Positions 1 to 13,509 are shown, counted from the first letter of the stretch. The stretch: DNA of 64,000 bases from Heteronotia binoei (GCF_032191835.1 NC_083224.1:122760001-122824000), one strand, 5' to 3'. A program made the numbers and translations. Notes: generated by a model from the letters alone, not told the origin.

Positions 1-665
1 TCCTAAACAAATCTAAACCCTTCCTCCCGGCACCACTTTCTCATCCAAGCATTCAGACTTCTGATCTGTGCCTGTCTAGCTGGCCCTGTGCATGGAACTG
101 GAAGCACTTCTGAGAATGCTATCTTTGAGGTCCTGGCATTTAACTTTCTGCCTGGTAAACTGATTTTTTCCTCCAGGACCACATGACCACATTTCCCAAT
201 GTCATGTGCACTATGATTGCTGACTCCTCCCCAGCACCATCTATCTAGAATGTGTGTGATGTCTGCAATCTTCACACCAGGCAGGCATGTCACCATGCAG
301 TCAAAATGCCTGTCACAAACCCCACTCTCTACATTCCTCATGATCAAATCATCCACTACCAGAAGTCCCTCTCCCCACAGATATCCTTGGTAGGAAAGGA
401 TATCTGTTTGTTGCCCAAGGAAGGGATCTCTTCTAAGGGACCACATCCCTCCTCCTCAGGCTGATGCCCTCCAACCTTGGGACTCTCACTTTTCACAACA
501 GCAGGACTATCAGCATAGGAGTGGGACTGTTCTGGAAAGTCTCTGAGGGTCTCTTCCCTAAACCTCACTCTCTGCCTTAAGCTTCTCCAGGTCAGCAATC
601 CTAGCATCAAGGAAACAAACCTGTTCCCTAAGAGTATGGGCTCCATGCAGGGAGAATTAATAATC
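1..665 (-). mobile_element. CR1 LINE 5' portion (ORF1, SGNH/esterase-like domain), degraded, runs off the window start
   Basis: ORF 3..446 reads LLVVDDLIMRNVE...VTCLPGVKIADI...HDIGK...KIAFSEVLPVP...IRSLNAWMRKWCREEGFRFV, typical of the CR1 ORF1 esterase. Upstream coiled-coil remnant LRQRVRFREETLRD is in another frame. Confidence 0.8.
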
Positions 666-1402
666 AAATAAATAAACTTGAGTCAGATCTCCGTTGTTCA
701 GATGCATATTCCATAGATTATTCTGTGAAGTCTCCCACTATAACATGAAATGAAAATTTCAGAAAAATATTTACAACCACAATCATGGGTGGGGGCAGAG
801 TGGTGAGAAGAGGAGGAGCAGCAGCACATGAAGTTTTGTAGTTTATCATTCTATATTATTCAACATGCAAGAGACTAGAATGGATGGGGCTGTGATGTGG
901 TTGTTATGCTTAATTAATAATGAGAGTGAGCTAGCCTCTCATGGGACTGAGCTAGACAGAGAAGAAGTTGCCCTAGATAAACCAAAAGTCTACAGAGAAA
1001 TTGCTTCCAGGAAGGTTGGTCTTAAATATGCCACAATTTGTTTTACTTTTCTACAACAGACTAACATTTTTGAAAGTTCAGTTTTAAAGCCTTACATGGT
1101 CTGGAACCACACAGAAGACGACCATTTCTTCCTATATGAGCCTGTACATCAGCACTACTTTTCATGCTGACTCCTCCTTTCTGTCCCTTCCGTTAGGAGG
1201 GTGAGGACTATGATGGTCCATTCCAGGATCTTTTAAGTGTTAATCCTGGAGAATTAGGAGGTCATTTATTAGCTAACAGGAGATTTGGTCTGCATCATCT
1301 TTTTCTGCCTTGGAGAGACTATGTAACGTGGATTTGTTTAAAAGAGCTTTTTAGGGTGATTGTTTTTATGGTGTTGAGGTTTTAAAATAGTTGTATTTAT
1401 TC

Positions 1403-1610
1403 AGGTAGCCAGCTCCAAGTTGACTCAGCCTTCCATCCGTCTGAGGTCAGTAAAATGAGTACCCAGCTTGCTGGGGGGAAAGTGTAGATGGTTGGGGAAG
1501 GCAATGGCAAACCACCCTGTAAAAAAGTCTGCCGTGAAAATGTTAAGAAAGCAATGTCACCCCAGAGTCGAAAACGACTGGTGCTTGCACAGGGCTACCT
1601 TTACTTTTTA
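1403..1610 (+). mobile_element. Sauria-type SINE (5'-truncated)
   Basis: Core GTTGACTCAGCCTTCCATCC...GTAAAATGAGTACCCAGCTTGCTGGGGGG...GGGGAAGGCAATGGCAAACCAC; near-identical copies at about 43.9 kb and 56.2 kb. Confidence 0.75.
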
Positions 1611-3184
1611 TTTATTTTTGGAAACCTGCCTTGAGTTTGGTATCTATGAATAAAGACAGTATATAAACATTTTAACAAACAAACTGCATCCTCAAACACT
1701 TCCATACCCAAGTACCTATGGTAGACATTCATGGAGACAAGAAATAAGAACTTCCAAGTAAGGAGGCTCCCAGACCCACTGAAGTGCTTCTTGGACACAC
1801 ACATAGGCATGAGCAGGATGGTGAAACAGGACAGTATTAGAGCAGTTTTTTTTAAAAAAAAATCTGCATGACAGAAGTGTGATATAAGGATGGTGTGTGA
1901 CATGTAGTATTTATGCACTGGAGGGGGGCAGAATCTCCTGAACTACATTCAGATTTGAATTTGACTTCTTAAACATTTCTGTGAAGAATGGCAGCAAGGG
2001 GCATTCCACAAAACTTCATGAAGCAGCTCATTTATTTAACCTGATCATAAGCTTGTACAATGAATATATCTGTTTTCAAATATATGTCTACCTCTTCACG
2101 TGGACCCCAAATTAGAAAAGAGGTGAACTCAATGGCACAGCTTGCACTCTTAATGCAAAGCATGTTCTTAAGTATCTTACTGAAATGGGACTTTATAAAG
2201 TAGAGATCATATGTCTTTGGGATGTGGCAAGGCTGTATTCATAAATGTTTGTAAAGTGCTCTCAGCTCCTCCAGTGATAGACACTGGAGAAATATTATTA
2301 TCATTATTAAAGCCTTGAGATGCATCAAGGCTTTACTGTTCACTCAAAGACCTGAACTTAAGACAAGATGACATGGGTAAGGAGGAAAAGTTAAAGATAG
2401 AGAAGGAGGCAGCACAGAACCACAGAATTAAATTTTCCTTTCCACATTATAAGGTATTTACAAGATGATGCCAAGAACAGCTCCATCTACCACTGTGTCC
2501 AGTTACAGATGGTTAAGTCCATGCTGAGATCAGGTAGTTAAATATACATACATTTCTGAATACAAAACTGCAATTTTAATTCTGTTAAATGGGATCTGAG
2601 TAATAATCAAAGCTTAAATCTGTATTAAATGTTGAGCCCTTGACCATGCAAATAATAAAGGAGAGAACAGAGTATATGTAGAGTGCATTCCCTTCATCAC
2701 TGACAACATATATGCAGCAGAATCACATTTGCTCACTTTGTCTTCCTGACAGGTGTACCAATAGCAATATAGGTATGAATGTGTCACATATTATGGTGCT
2801 CACCTGAAACAGAAGTGACATTTGTGCAGTAAAATAGCCTTTTACTGAGCAGCTGTAATTATAGATACTCAGAACATGCATGTCTACGATTACTGGGCAT
2901 GGCTTCCTCCCACATCTTTAAAAGAAAATAAATTCACCAAGGCTAATCTGTAGTAAGACATGTGACATTTCTACTTCTTGCTATAATAAAAAATTAACCC
3001 CCTCAGAAGATAGCTGCCATATTGAGGGTTGGGTTTTTTTACAGGATTATGTATGTTAGCAGAAAACAGAATGCACATAACGTGGGGATAGCAAGGCCTC
3101 TCTTACATGCCAGTCAAAACCAGTACATACCCTTTTTAGTCATCCTCAAATAATTTGTATTAAACTACTTCAAATGCTGCAACA

Positions 3185-4030
3185 AGCGTGAGGAAGTTAG
3201 AGCTGGAAAAGTAAAAAAAATCAGAGCAAAGACTGGAAGAAGGAATATCAACAATCTTCAATATGCTGATGACACAACCTTCCTCACAGAAACTAAAGAA
3301 GGTCTGGAATACCTAATCAAGAAATCAAAGAAGAAAGTAAGAAGTTTGGCCTCTTCCTAAACATCAAAAAGACAAAGATCATGTTCACTAAGAAGAATAG
3401 AAACATCAAAATAACAGTTGACAATGAAGAGACTGAATATGTGGAAAAATTCACTTTCTTAGGATCAGCCAAAGCAGTGAATGCAGTCCATAAATAAAAT
3501 GTTGAAGCATGCTGGGTTGCACAGCAATGATGAGCATGAATCGAATATGGAAGAGCAAGAACATCAGCCTAGTAACGAACTGTAGATTACTCTGTCCTAT
3601 TGTGTTTCCCATAGCAACATGGCTGCAAAAGTTGGACCATGAAAAAACAGGACAGGAGGAAAACTGACTCATTTGAGCTGTGATGCTGGAGCAGGCTTCT
3701 GCACATTCCTTGGATAGCAAAGGTGTCAAACCAGCAAGTACTGGAGTGCATAAAACCAGGCATGCCATTGGAAGGAAAAATCACAAAAATTACTGACATT
3801 TTGGCCATGTCATGTGGAAGAACTCACTAGAAAAAGCAATTATGCTTGGATTGGTTAGTGGCAAAAGGAAACCAGGCCACCAAAGGATACAGTGGCTAGA
3901 CAGCATAAAATTCTACACCAGCCTGCACAAAGAACAACTCAAAGAAATAGTACAAGATCGAAAAATGTGGAGAGCTGGCTCATAGCATTGCCAAGATTCA
4001 AACATGACTGAATGGTTAACAACAACATAG
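3185..4030 (+). mobile_element. RTE-clade (BovB-like) LINE 3' fragment, old and degraded
   Basis: RT core remnant AATATCAACAATCTTCAATATGCTGATGACACAACC (NINNLQYADDT), later GHVM..NSLEKAIMLG..SGKRKPG motif, and an (AAC)n tail at about 4018-4028. Confidence 0.75.
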
Positions 4031-4987
4031 TGAAACAGTTCTGTTCTAAAAAACTGCTAAATTATTTGTGGAAACTAGGTGAGTGGCACCTTTTGAAAGA
4101 CAAATGCTGAAAAACTTGTTCCATGAAAGAAGAACAAACATCCTGCTGTGTGCAGTAGAAAGCCTCAGTGTGAATGCAAATTCTTTGATGCACTTAATCT
4201 GGCAAAGTTCTATGCCCCCAATGAATATTAGTTACATGCACATAAGAGTCAGCAGTGTTAAGGATGTAAAACAGGAGGCCACACAGCAGTTGAAGACACT
4301 GCGTACCAAAAGGGACTTCACTGGTTATTGTAAAGAAGCAAGGTCCAAACTACACATGACGGTGGGAACCACATTCATATCCCCATATATGTAACTGAGC
4401 TGCATAAAGCATAGTGACCCCCAAAGTCACATGGTCTTTTCTGGGTAAGAAATGGGCCCGTTGGGTTGCTATAAGCTCTGAAAAGGGGGAAAGACAGGTA
4501 AAATATGGGTATGTCTCCCTCCCCTTGGGGCTTAAAGTAGTCTGGGAATGGAGAAGGGAATTTCAAACTGAGGTCGAGCATTAAATCTCCATAGTTTCTG
4601 GCCCCATGGCCCTCATCCATGTTCCACCTCTCCACCCAGTAACTGCTTTCTGCAGTTTGGTATCTGTGTGAGGATACAAATACAGATCCCCAGAAGGATA
4701 AATGTTTTGCCTCTAGAAAGATGTAACTTCCACGTTTTCATGAGTGAATGCCTCTGAGTTGGGTCTGTCATGTTTGTTAAATCCTAGATCATGAAGGAAG
4801 GGATCGTATCACTGTATAAACTGCAGATCACACTTTGGAAGTCAGTGCTAGTAATAAGGACTAGGGACATGCTTCAAGTAAAAAAACCCTGACTAACTCT
4901 AGTCCTTGGTGCTTAAAAAATGTAATACATGTTCATCAATAAACCACAGAGTTACTGCCAATATCACATGAGCTACTGCCAGAGGAC

Positions 4988-5190
4988 AGTCTGATGTAGT
5001 GGTTAGGGAGCTGCACTAAAAACTCGAGAGACACCAGTTCAAATCCTCACATTATTACAAAGCTCACCAGGTAACCTTGGGCCAGTCTTTCACCCTGACC
5101 AGCCTTACAAGGTTCTTGTGAGGCTAAAAGGGGATGAAGGAGAACCTTGTATGCTTCCCTGAGCTCTTTGAAGGATAGGTTGGATTTTTA
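4988..5190 (+). mobile_element. tRNA-derived SINE (MIR/Squam-like), degraded
   Basis: A-box-like GATGTAGTGGTTAG, B-box-like GTTCAAATCC, core CTTGGGCCAGTC...GGTTCTTGTGAGG; related minus-strand copies near 8.15-8.28, 45.1-45.3 and 46.5-46.74 kb. Confidence 0.5.
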
Positions 5191-5438
5191 AAAAGTTATA
5201 TTGACAGAAACAGATACACATCTACAGTATTCACACTTTTGCCAGGTTTTCATGTTAAGCAAACAGCCCAAGTATCATATAATCAAAAAGGGGGGGGGGG
5301 GGGAGGGTTGATTTAGTTTGGTTGCAATGAAAGCAAATCTGATGTGGTCTTTCATAAAACAGTGTTTCAGGCGTTTCAGAAGTAACTCAATAAACAGAAT
5401 CCTTTCATAACTACCCATCATTTTTTAAAGAAAAGTAC

Positions 5439-5498
5439 CTTGGGCAGGAAGACCTCCATGGCTTCTTCTCAACCACTTAAGTTTTCTTACTTGTTCCA
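5439..5498 (-). CDS. ITGB3BP: ITGB3BP (CENP-R) coding exon 7, 60 nt, (M)EQVRKLKWLRRSHGGLPAQ
   Basis: AG/GT boundaries, phase 1 to phase 1, continues exon 6; resembles recalled human TKVNKQKLFEKSTGLPHK. Confidence 0.8.
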
Positions 5499-6781
5499 CT
5501 AATAAACAAAATAAATTCAGAGATTATGAAAACTTTACTCATATGATTTTAATATGCAAAAACAATAAAAATATGTTAGCTCTCCTTTACTCCTCAACAC
5601 AACAGATTCTATTTAAAACTATTATATGCATAAGTAGGCTTCAGCACTGTAGCATCTAGGCCAAAAATGATAATATTACTACCCCTACTCAGATGTTCAG
5701 GATCTCGAAGCTCTAAATTACCATCTTGTTATTCCTGGTGGTTTGTCAAACACCTGCACTCACCAAATTATTTCAAATGTTATTGGAATCTGAAGGTATA
5801 GGGGGAGAAGATTCCCTGTTCAATTCCTAGTACCTCCAGTGAAAAAGAACAGATTTGAAAGACTGAGACCCCAGAGAGCTGCTGCTGGTCAGAACAGATA
5901 ATACTGACTTGTGATCTGATTCAGTGTAAGGCGGTTTCAAGTATTCCAAGTAATTTCTAGAATTGTGAGACACTGCTTGGTGGTCAAAGGGAATACAGGC
6001 AATTGTTTTTTCTCATTTTCAAATAAAGGGGACATTATTTTTATGTGACCAGCTGGTATAGCCATTCCTGAATTTTTGTGAATGTCATAATAAGATCTCA
6101 TACAATGGTTATCTAACTCCAGATACATTCAAGAGTCTATATAAAGCTGAATGGTGGCAAAACTAATACTAAAATTGTTCATTATAAACATGTGTGTATG
6201 CAAACTAGCATGTGCACAGACACAATTTATGGTGGCCATAAAGGAAATCAACATTAATTAATAGAAAACATTCATGCCATTCCTGAAGCTGCTTGCTGGA
6301 ATCTTAAATTTCCATTTGTGTATGAATGGCTTAACATACTATAGATTATAGTTAAGATCATTCTTATCCATTTCATACAAGAACTAACACATTAAATTCA
6401 ATATGTCCATGCATTACACTCAGGACACAAAGTTATAATATAAATCACCTTGATTTATATCTGAAGTAATCTTTAGTAAAACAAATTACATGTTAAACTA
6501 TTTTGTTTAATGTATCCTTAGCATTTTGTGGGTTGGGTGATGACATCGGCATTGGGTAGGATGTTGGAGTTCACTGAGTCCAACTCAGTGACCTCCAACA
6601 TCCCTTTAACTCTTAAAATCTGTGATTCTGTATTGCTGAATCAATGCTTTCAAAGCTTTCTGTATTGGTATATATAGTATTTCCCATAATATGCTTATGC
6701 ACTGTATTAACTTTAAATACATGAAAAAGATTTTAATTCTATAACAAAATGCGAGTTACTTTTTAAAAAGGTCTTTCTTAC

Positions 6782-6875
6782 TCAGCTTTTTGTTTTTTCT
6801 CACTTCACTTTTTAAGTTGCAGGAGTTGTTTGAAACACCTACAATATTTTCAGGCTCTCTGATGCCCTCTAAAGC
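6782..6875 (-). CDS. ITGB3BP: ITGB3BP coding exon 6, 94 nt, ALEGIREPENIVGVSNNSCNLKSEVRKNKKL
   Basis: tttcag|GCT...CTGA|gtaag; matches recalled human ALEGSRELENLIGISCASHFLKREMQKTKEL in length and motif. Confidence 0.92.
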
Positions 6876-8477
6876 CTGAAAGAAGAATTAAAAATTAAAT
6901 TCGAAAGAACGTAATCCCAAAATACCCCACACTTTGTTTTAGACAGACAAAAATGTAATTAAAAAGTGCTTATATATGCCCAAACACCCAATAACTACTG
7001 TGGAAAGACTAGCCTGAGGGAAACCACCCTGCCATTTTCTTTACCTGCCACCCTGTTCCCTTTCGCTTCCCACACCTGCTCTCGTCTCACAATCCTGACC
7101 TGTCCAGTCCTTACCCAAGCCTCTGTATCACGCTGGAACCTTCAAATAAACTGTGCTACTGGTTTAAGCTTCCAGTCTGGGCCAAAATTCTTTCCCAGTC
7201 CTCTTATGGCAACCAGCAGTCTGCCTAGCTGTTGGAACCTGACCCTGCCAACACCAACAGTTAAGTAGAGTGCCTAATAAACCTTTGCTACCTGGATTAT
7301 AAAATGCTATGTGCAGAAGGCAGAAGTGAACAAAGCAAGCCTGTGAGTGCATTAGGAGCAACCACTTCCCTAACCCCATTTACTTATTTTTAATTTAATT
7401 CATTTATAGCCCACCCCTCATACTGAGACACACTGAGACAAGGGGTGCAATTGTCTTTCACGGTGTAAGACAATACATTAAAAATAGCAAGAGACAACCA
7501 AAAAACAATGAAATAGGATTAGGATTACAAAAATTAGAAACAAACATTAGTGGCTGAGTATTTGGCTATTGTACTGTATAAGGGTTACTCTATAGCTAGG
7601 AAAAGGTAATGAATATTTGATTAATTCTGATTTTAGTATTTTTCCCCCCTCAGTGACATTGTCTTAATTGCTTCTTTCATTTTAGATCCTGTTTGTATTT
7701 TTAATTTATTATTTTATTATGCCATTAAAGGTCTCGAACTCGACTTGAAACAAACACAGGAAAAGGAAAATTCCTTCTGCCCTTGCCCCAGCTCTATTCG
7801 TCCATGAGGTGTGTGTGTGTGGGGGGATTCCCCCTTCAAAAATGCAGTTCCAGCACCACAGTCAATGCCGTTTTTCAGAGGTTCACTGACTCTCATGAGC
7901 AGCTTTTCAAGGGAGCAAGAAGCTGCAGAAAGAAAGGGAAGAAAGCATAGATCCTTCCTACAAGCTTCACCTAGACTTCAGTCTTCTTTTAAATACAAAG
8001 ATACAGCAGCATTTTATGAGGATTCCACTAAGTGGCATACACCATATTCTAAAAAAGCACACACCATATTCTACACAGCACACTAAATTTTGGCTTATTT
8101 ATGTATTACATTGTGTATCTTCTTCCAAGGACTCAAAGAAGTATGAATTTTCCTGTGTTCCTGTATTATCCCTGTAACAACTCTGTGAGGCTAAAAGAGA
8201 ATGACTAGCTCAAGGTCACCCAGCCAACTCCATGGCAAAGCAGACACTGAAATCCAAATGCCCCCAGCCCAAGTCCAACATTCTTTCCCTCAAGATTTAC
8301 AGTTGCAGTCTTGAAGCATTGGCTATCAGGAAAAGTGCAGTCCTAAGCACAAAGCAAAACAACAGTGAACTCACCTGAATTTACTTCTGGTGATAAGTAA
8401 TGAAAGGGTAAAGACCAAAATGCAATAAAAGAAAAAAATCCATTTTACCAAAAGGAAAAAAATGCTGGACAACATAC

Positions 8478-8556
8478 CTGTAAATGGATCAATTTCTGCC
8501 TCAGTTGCAGAAATTTTTCCACTGAATCCTCAACTGTGGGTTGTGCCATTAAGAAT
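8478..8556 (-). CDS. ITGB3BP: ITGB3BP coding exon 5, 79 nt, FLMAQPTVEDSVEKFLQLRQKLIHLQ
   Basis: ctttag|A...CAG|gtatg; phase 2 to phase 0 fits both neighbours; coiled-coil-like, same length as the recalled human exon. Confidence 0.85.
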
Positions 8557-9401
8557 CTAAAGAAGTGAGAAGACACACAAAATTAATCCAAGTACAATAA
8601 TATAATTTCTGAAACTGGAATAACACAAAGAAAGGGATTTGCAAGTAATATAGTCCTTCCTAATTCCTCACCACCACCAGAAATGGGTTAAATGTGACAT
8701 TTGTACAAGACTATAACTGATCAGCCACGATTGCTTGTGCTGTGGTACAAACCTAGGAAACCTCTCTGGATCTCAACTTGTTTCTCTCTTGTACTTATTA
8801 ACCACCAAGGAAACACACAGGATTAAAACCTACAAGGAATCATTCTGTGGGTTTTTTTTACAGCAACTGAAACATTGTAGAATCATAATGATAAAAAGGC
8901 CACTATAAGATAATAGAATATGGCCACATGCAAAGCTAAGTTCCTATACCAGTCAAGTATACTACATATTTTGCCTTCAGAATGTACTGAGCCTGGAAAT
9001 ACAAACAGAGTATTAGTATACAGGTGTTTGTTTATATGTATTTTCTTGGCAGCTAACTATCTGCTGCTTTTCTGAACACTGGAACTGCAGTATTTGTTCT
9101 CCTTTGAGACAGCTCCCAGCTGACCCCAAGCATTGCACTGAAGGAAAAAAAAACCTTATCTGTGCAGAAGCACCATCAGCATACAAGCCGGAGAAAGTTT
9201 GGTGTGCCTAAATCCTACTGAAAAGTTAGCTGTTTGTCCAAAGTACCACCCCACCAAAGCAATTGGCTTTCTTCTCAGAAGGTGAAATTAAGAAGGGGCA
9301 GGTGATCTGCCCCACCACTGTTGAGCACCTGGTTTGCTTCAACAACAGAAGCAAACCCCAAGATTGTTGAAATGCCTCTGCCCAAATTGGCAAAATACTA
9401 C

Positions 9402-9403
<2 letters not shown>

Positions 9404-9450
<47 letters not shown>

Positions 9451-10792
9451 GAATTTATTGTCATTGTTCTCAACAAAAAGAGAGCAACGAAATGAGGTGC
9501 TCTTCCACAAACATACCAACACATCAAACACACATATTCATAAACCATTTAAATACATCTAAAACCATTAAACCATTTAAACCATTAAAACCATTTAAAT
9601 ACATCTAAAACGGATAAACATTCATAAAACCATTAAAACAATTTAAACCATTAAATAAACATTCATAAAACCATTAAACATTCATAAAACCATTAAAACC
9701 ATTTAAACCATTAAATACATCTAAAACAGATAATCCTTCATAACCCTGCATTTAACCTAACCACAGCACTTGGATAGAAACTGTCCTTAAATCTGTTTGT
9801 CCTAGCCTTCAACACTCTATATCGTCTACCTGACGGTAAGATCTCAAAAAGCAAATGGCCCAGATGTGTATGGTCCCTTAGGATCATTTGTATCTTCCTT
9901 TTACATGCCATATTATACAGATCCACCAATGAGGGGAGAGAACATCCACAAATCTTTTGTGCTCTTCTCGTCACTCTTTGGAGCACCCTTCTCTCTGCTT
10001 CCGTGCAGCTCCCAAACCACGCGCAGAGGCAATAAGATAAAATGCTCTCAATGGAACTACGATAAAAGGCAACCAGCAGACTCCCTGACAGTTGTAGTGA
10101 TCTTAAGAGTCTTAAGTAGTATAGTAGTTGCTGGGCCTTTTTCTCTAGAGCTAAAGTATTTGCCCCCCATGTTAGATCCTGTTTCATGGTAATTCCCAGA
10201 AACTTCCATTCTGTCACCTGTTCTACCATAACACCATCAATAAACAACGGCTGGGTGTCCAAACTACTCTTCCTGTAATCCACTATAATTTCCTTCGTCT
10301 TATTTATATTTAAAATAAGATTATTTACTTTACACCAAAGGGACAGCTGTTGAACTTCCCTCCTGTACGCAGACTCATCATCCTCAGAGATGAGCCCTAC
10401 CAACGTTGTATCATCTGCATACTTAATGATTTTGTTACTCAGACTGCTAGAAACACAATCAGACGTGTAAATAGTGAAAAGAAGTGGACTCAAGACACAT
10501 CCCTGAGGGGTGCCAGTATTTAAGATCTTCACGGAGGAAATATATCCATCCATTTTAACCCTTTGTGAACGACCTGACAAAAAATTCAAAATCCACTCAC
10601 ATATAGAGTCCGACAGCTTCAAATCTTTAAGCTTAAACAACAATCTATGGGGTGATATTGTATTAAAAGCAGAACTAAAATCTGCAAACAACATTCTAAC
10701 ATACGTCCCCTTTTTATCCAAATGCGATAAAGCAGTATAAAGAACAGTATTAACAGCATCCTCAGTAGATCTATTTTTCCTGTAAGCAAAAA
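9404..10792 (-). mobile_element. Rex1/Babar-clade LINE, 5'-truncated, open RT C-terminal frame, (CTAT)n tail
   Basis: ORF 9738..10862 contains FAYRKNRSTEDAV..LSHLDKKGTYVRMLFADFSSAFNTI..PQGCVLSPLLF..KYADDTTLVGLISEDDESAYRREV..NKTKEIIVDYRK, the Rex1/Babar RT signature. 3' UTR has AAACCATT-type repeats (9540-9730) and a GATA microsatellite at 9404-9450. Confidence 0.85.
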
Positions 10793-10878
10793 TAACAAGA
10801 AGAGATATGTACAAGAAGAGATAAACAAGAAGAGATATGTACATTCTTATTATCATTACCACTGTTAGCTAAGCTTAC

Positions 10879-10954
10879 TTGTCATTCTTTTCTATTTGAG
10901 GTTGTCCCTGTTTGGATGAGCTCTTTGGCAAGTCATGGACTTCATTTCTGCTTC
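10879..10954 (-). CDS. ITGB3BP: ITGB3BP coding exon 4, 76 nt, (G)SRNEVHDLPKSSSKQGQPQIEKND(K)
   Basis: ttcctag|GA...AA|gtaag; phase 1 to phase 2 fits exons 3 and 5; ends in KND like recalled human KDNDE. Confidence 0.82.
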
Positions 10955-13509
10955 CTAGGAATAAAGATATTACAGAAGTGGGAATAAATGTTATTTTCCT
11001 TATACACTAATTGCAGGAGGGAAAAGCCCCTTGGGAAATACTGATTGTCCTATAAAAATGCTTACCATAATCTGCACAAACCAGATATACCGCCTTCTCT
11101 GAAATGCCATTTTAACAGGTGCCTTTTCCCATTAACATAACTTGATTAGAGTTCTCATTTTTTTAAAAAAAAAGTTTAAAAGGTTGAAGAGAAACAGAAC
11201 TGCTAAAAGAAAAATGCAATACTAATGCAAAGCAGATATAAGGTGATGCAAGGGATCCACTTAGAAGTCTACAGTGATGGAAACAGGAAACAAACAAACA
11301 AAAACACCAGAGAGCAAGCAGTACAGATATAAGATACTACATTATAGACATGCAAAAAATTGAAAGTCTGGAGAACAGACAATGCTGGAAGAAAAAAGGA
11401 TAATGAAAATTCAAAATGCACCCAAATTGCACAAAAATATGCACGAATAATTTATCACAAATTCAGAAAAACAGAGCAGGGCAGAGACCAATATGGAAAG
11501 GGGGGGGGGAGAGATATTCAGGGTTTTTAAAATTAAACTTGAAAATTTGAACAGATTTCGAGGAAAAAATAACAAAATGCAAAAACATGAAATGAGCTGA
11601 TATAAAAGAGAAGAAACAGAGCTATTAATCCTGAACTGGAAGTGAAGGAAAGATCATCCCAAAGAAGGCATGGTTGCAAAACAGACACAAGATTGTTGTT
11701 GAGTCCAAGGACATTTAATGTATCTTTGAGATGGCATCGTAACTATGTATACCGTACATCTTCACAAAACAGCATTTTCACATTACTAATTCCTCCACTT
11801 AGTTAAGGAAGGATTGCATTTCCAGATGTTTCACATTCTGTAATAGTTATAATGGATGTTCACACGGCTACAACTGTTCACAGAGAAATGAGTGTTCATG
11901 ATATACTATGAAAACACATGAAAGAACAGAATGAGTAAGCATTATCACTATTAATATATGTCATAATAGATTTTTATTTAAATTTGCATTCAGTCATGAA
12001 AGCACAGTGCCAAGCAACACGTTACAACCATAGACAAAAGCAGAACCTAAATAGAAAAGCATTGAAGATTGAAAAGGTATTAATTTTAGAGCTTACTGTC
12101 ATTCAGTTACCTCAATTAAACTTGCCATTATGCTAATATGTATATCAACAACAAAGTAATTTTAACAAAAATGTTAAAATATTAACAAAAATGTTAAAAT
12201 GTATAGGAGAAAAGGAAAGGTTTTTAAGTGACAGATTAGAATCTGTGTTCTTGCCACCATTTTGCAGTCTGGAAAAACTAGAAAGAGGAAGCTATTGCTA
12301 CTTTGCTGAATAATTATCCATCTAAATGTCAGCAGTGAACACGTGATCCATCTTTTTATGTGCAAAAGAACTGTTCCCCTATGCCCATATTTAATTACAA
12401 TATGGAAATATAGCACACACTCACCTTTGCCTTTGACATCCCAATACACAGACATTTCATTCCTTCAGGCATTTTTTCTGGTTTTTTGTCAGAAATAAAG
12501 CATGTGCAAAATCCAACAGATCACTTACATATGTAAAAATGTAAAACTGCTTGTGAATAGTGAAAAAAGAGAGATGCATATTTATTAACTGCAGCATTCA
12601 GGGTTTTAAAATTGTATACTGCATTGTTTTAGATGTCAAATATACATGTATCAGCTTTCATTTAATAGGACAGGATCAACTGGCAAAGGTAAATACATTG
12701 CCAACTGGCCATATTGTCTATCTCCCCACAGTATTAGCTGTATTCTGTAATAGGAATACAGACGCTAATACTTGTGAAAGTGACACTGTCAGTGCCATCC
12801 AGCACAGAGTTGACTTCAGTGGACATAGAAGAGTATAATTCTGCTTACAATTGCCCTGCAAGATATTTGATTGGTAGACCAGGTAAATGACTGAAAGACC
12901 GGAAATATCTACATGCAGCCAAGAGGTAGGTTTTTCTTGTCTTTCACTTCAGTACCTGATCCACATACATAACTTTTAAAGCCAGTTTAGTTTCTTGAAA
13001 ACTCCATTGAGTCCATTCAGCCAAATGAAATAGAAACTATCTCTTCCTAAGAAAGGAAGGTGGTCTTCAGTCTTCCTTGGAGACTGTCCAACTGGGCTCA
13101 AGAATGATAACAAAGTGCATTTAGTTTAGGTCCCAGCTACACAATGAGATTTAGAACGATCTTCAATGGAACACATTAGTCATGACTTAAATCTATGGAT
13201 TTATACTTGGATTAGATGAATTTAACTTTCTCTGTATTGACTCTGAGTATATACACTAATTCTGCTCACACCATACCCTGGAACATATGGGCTGAATACA
13301 AGTATTTATTTTATCAGTGTATGTGTGTTGAAATGTGTGTACACTTTTCCTTACATGTTATAGAGTGCATACTAACTTGTAACATTTGAACTGGCCTGCA
13401 AAGCCCCTCTATGCACAAAAGACCTACAAGAGCACATCAACTCTTATGTAAGAAACAGCACAGCTTTCTCCTACCCTCTGAAGGCCAAGTCAGGTCCCCT
13501 CTTCCTCTT

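Noticed and set aside
3165-3202. Candidate ITGB3BP last exon (ALTSSRLLQHLK*) with a strong polypyrimidine acceptor
   Set aside because: The acceptor is the antisense A-rich part of an RTE fragment and the peptide does not resemble the CENP-R C-terminus; other equally plausible acceptors exist near 1983 and 2803.
9226-9548. ORFs with YLSI/IYLS repeats
   Set aside because: Translation of the (CTAT)n microsatellite tail.
10793-10862. Hydrophobic N-terminus of ORF 9738..10862 resembling a signal peptide or TM segment fused to RT
   Set aside because: It is read from the junction duplication and intron sequence outside the element; a chance in-frame extension.
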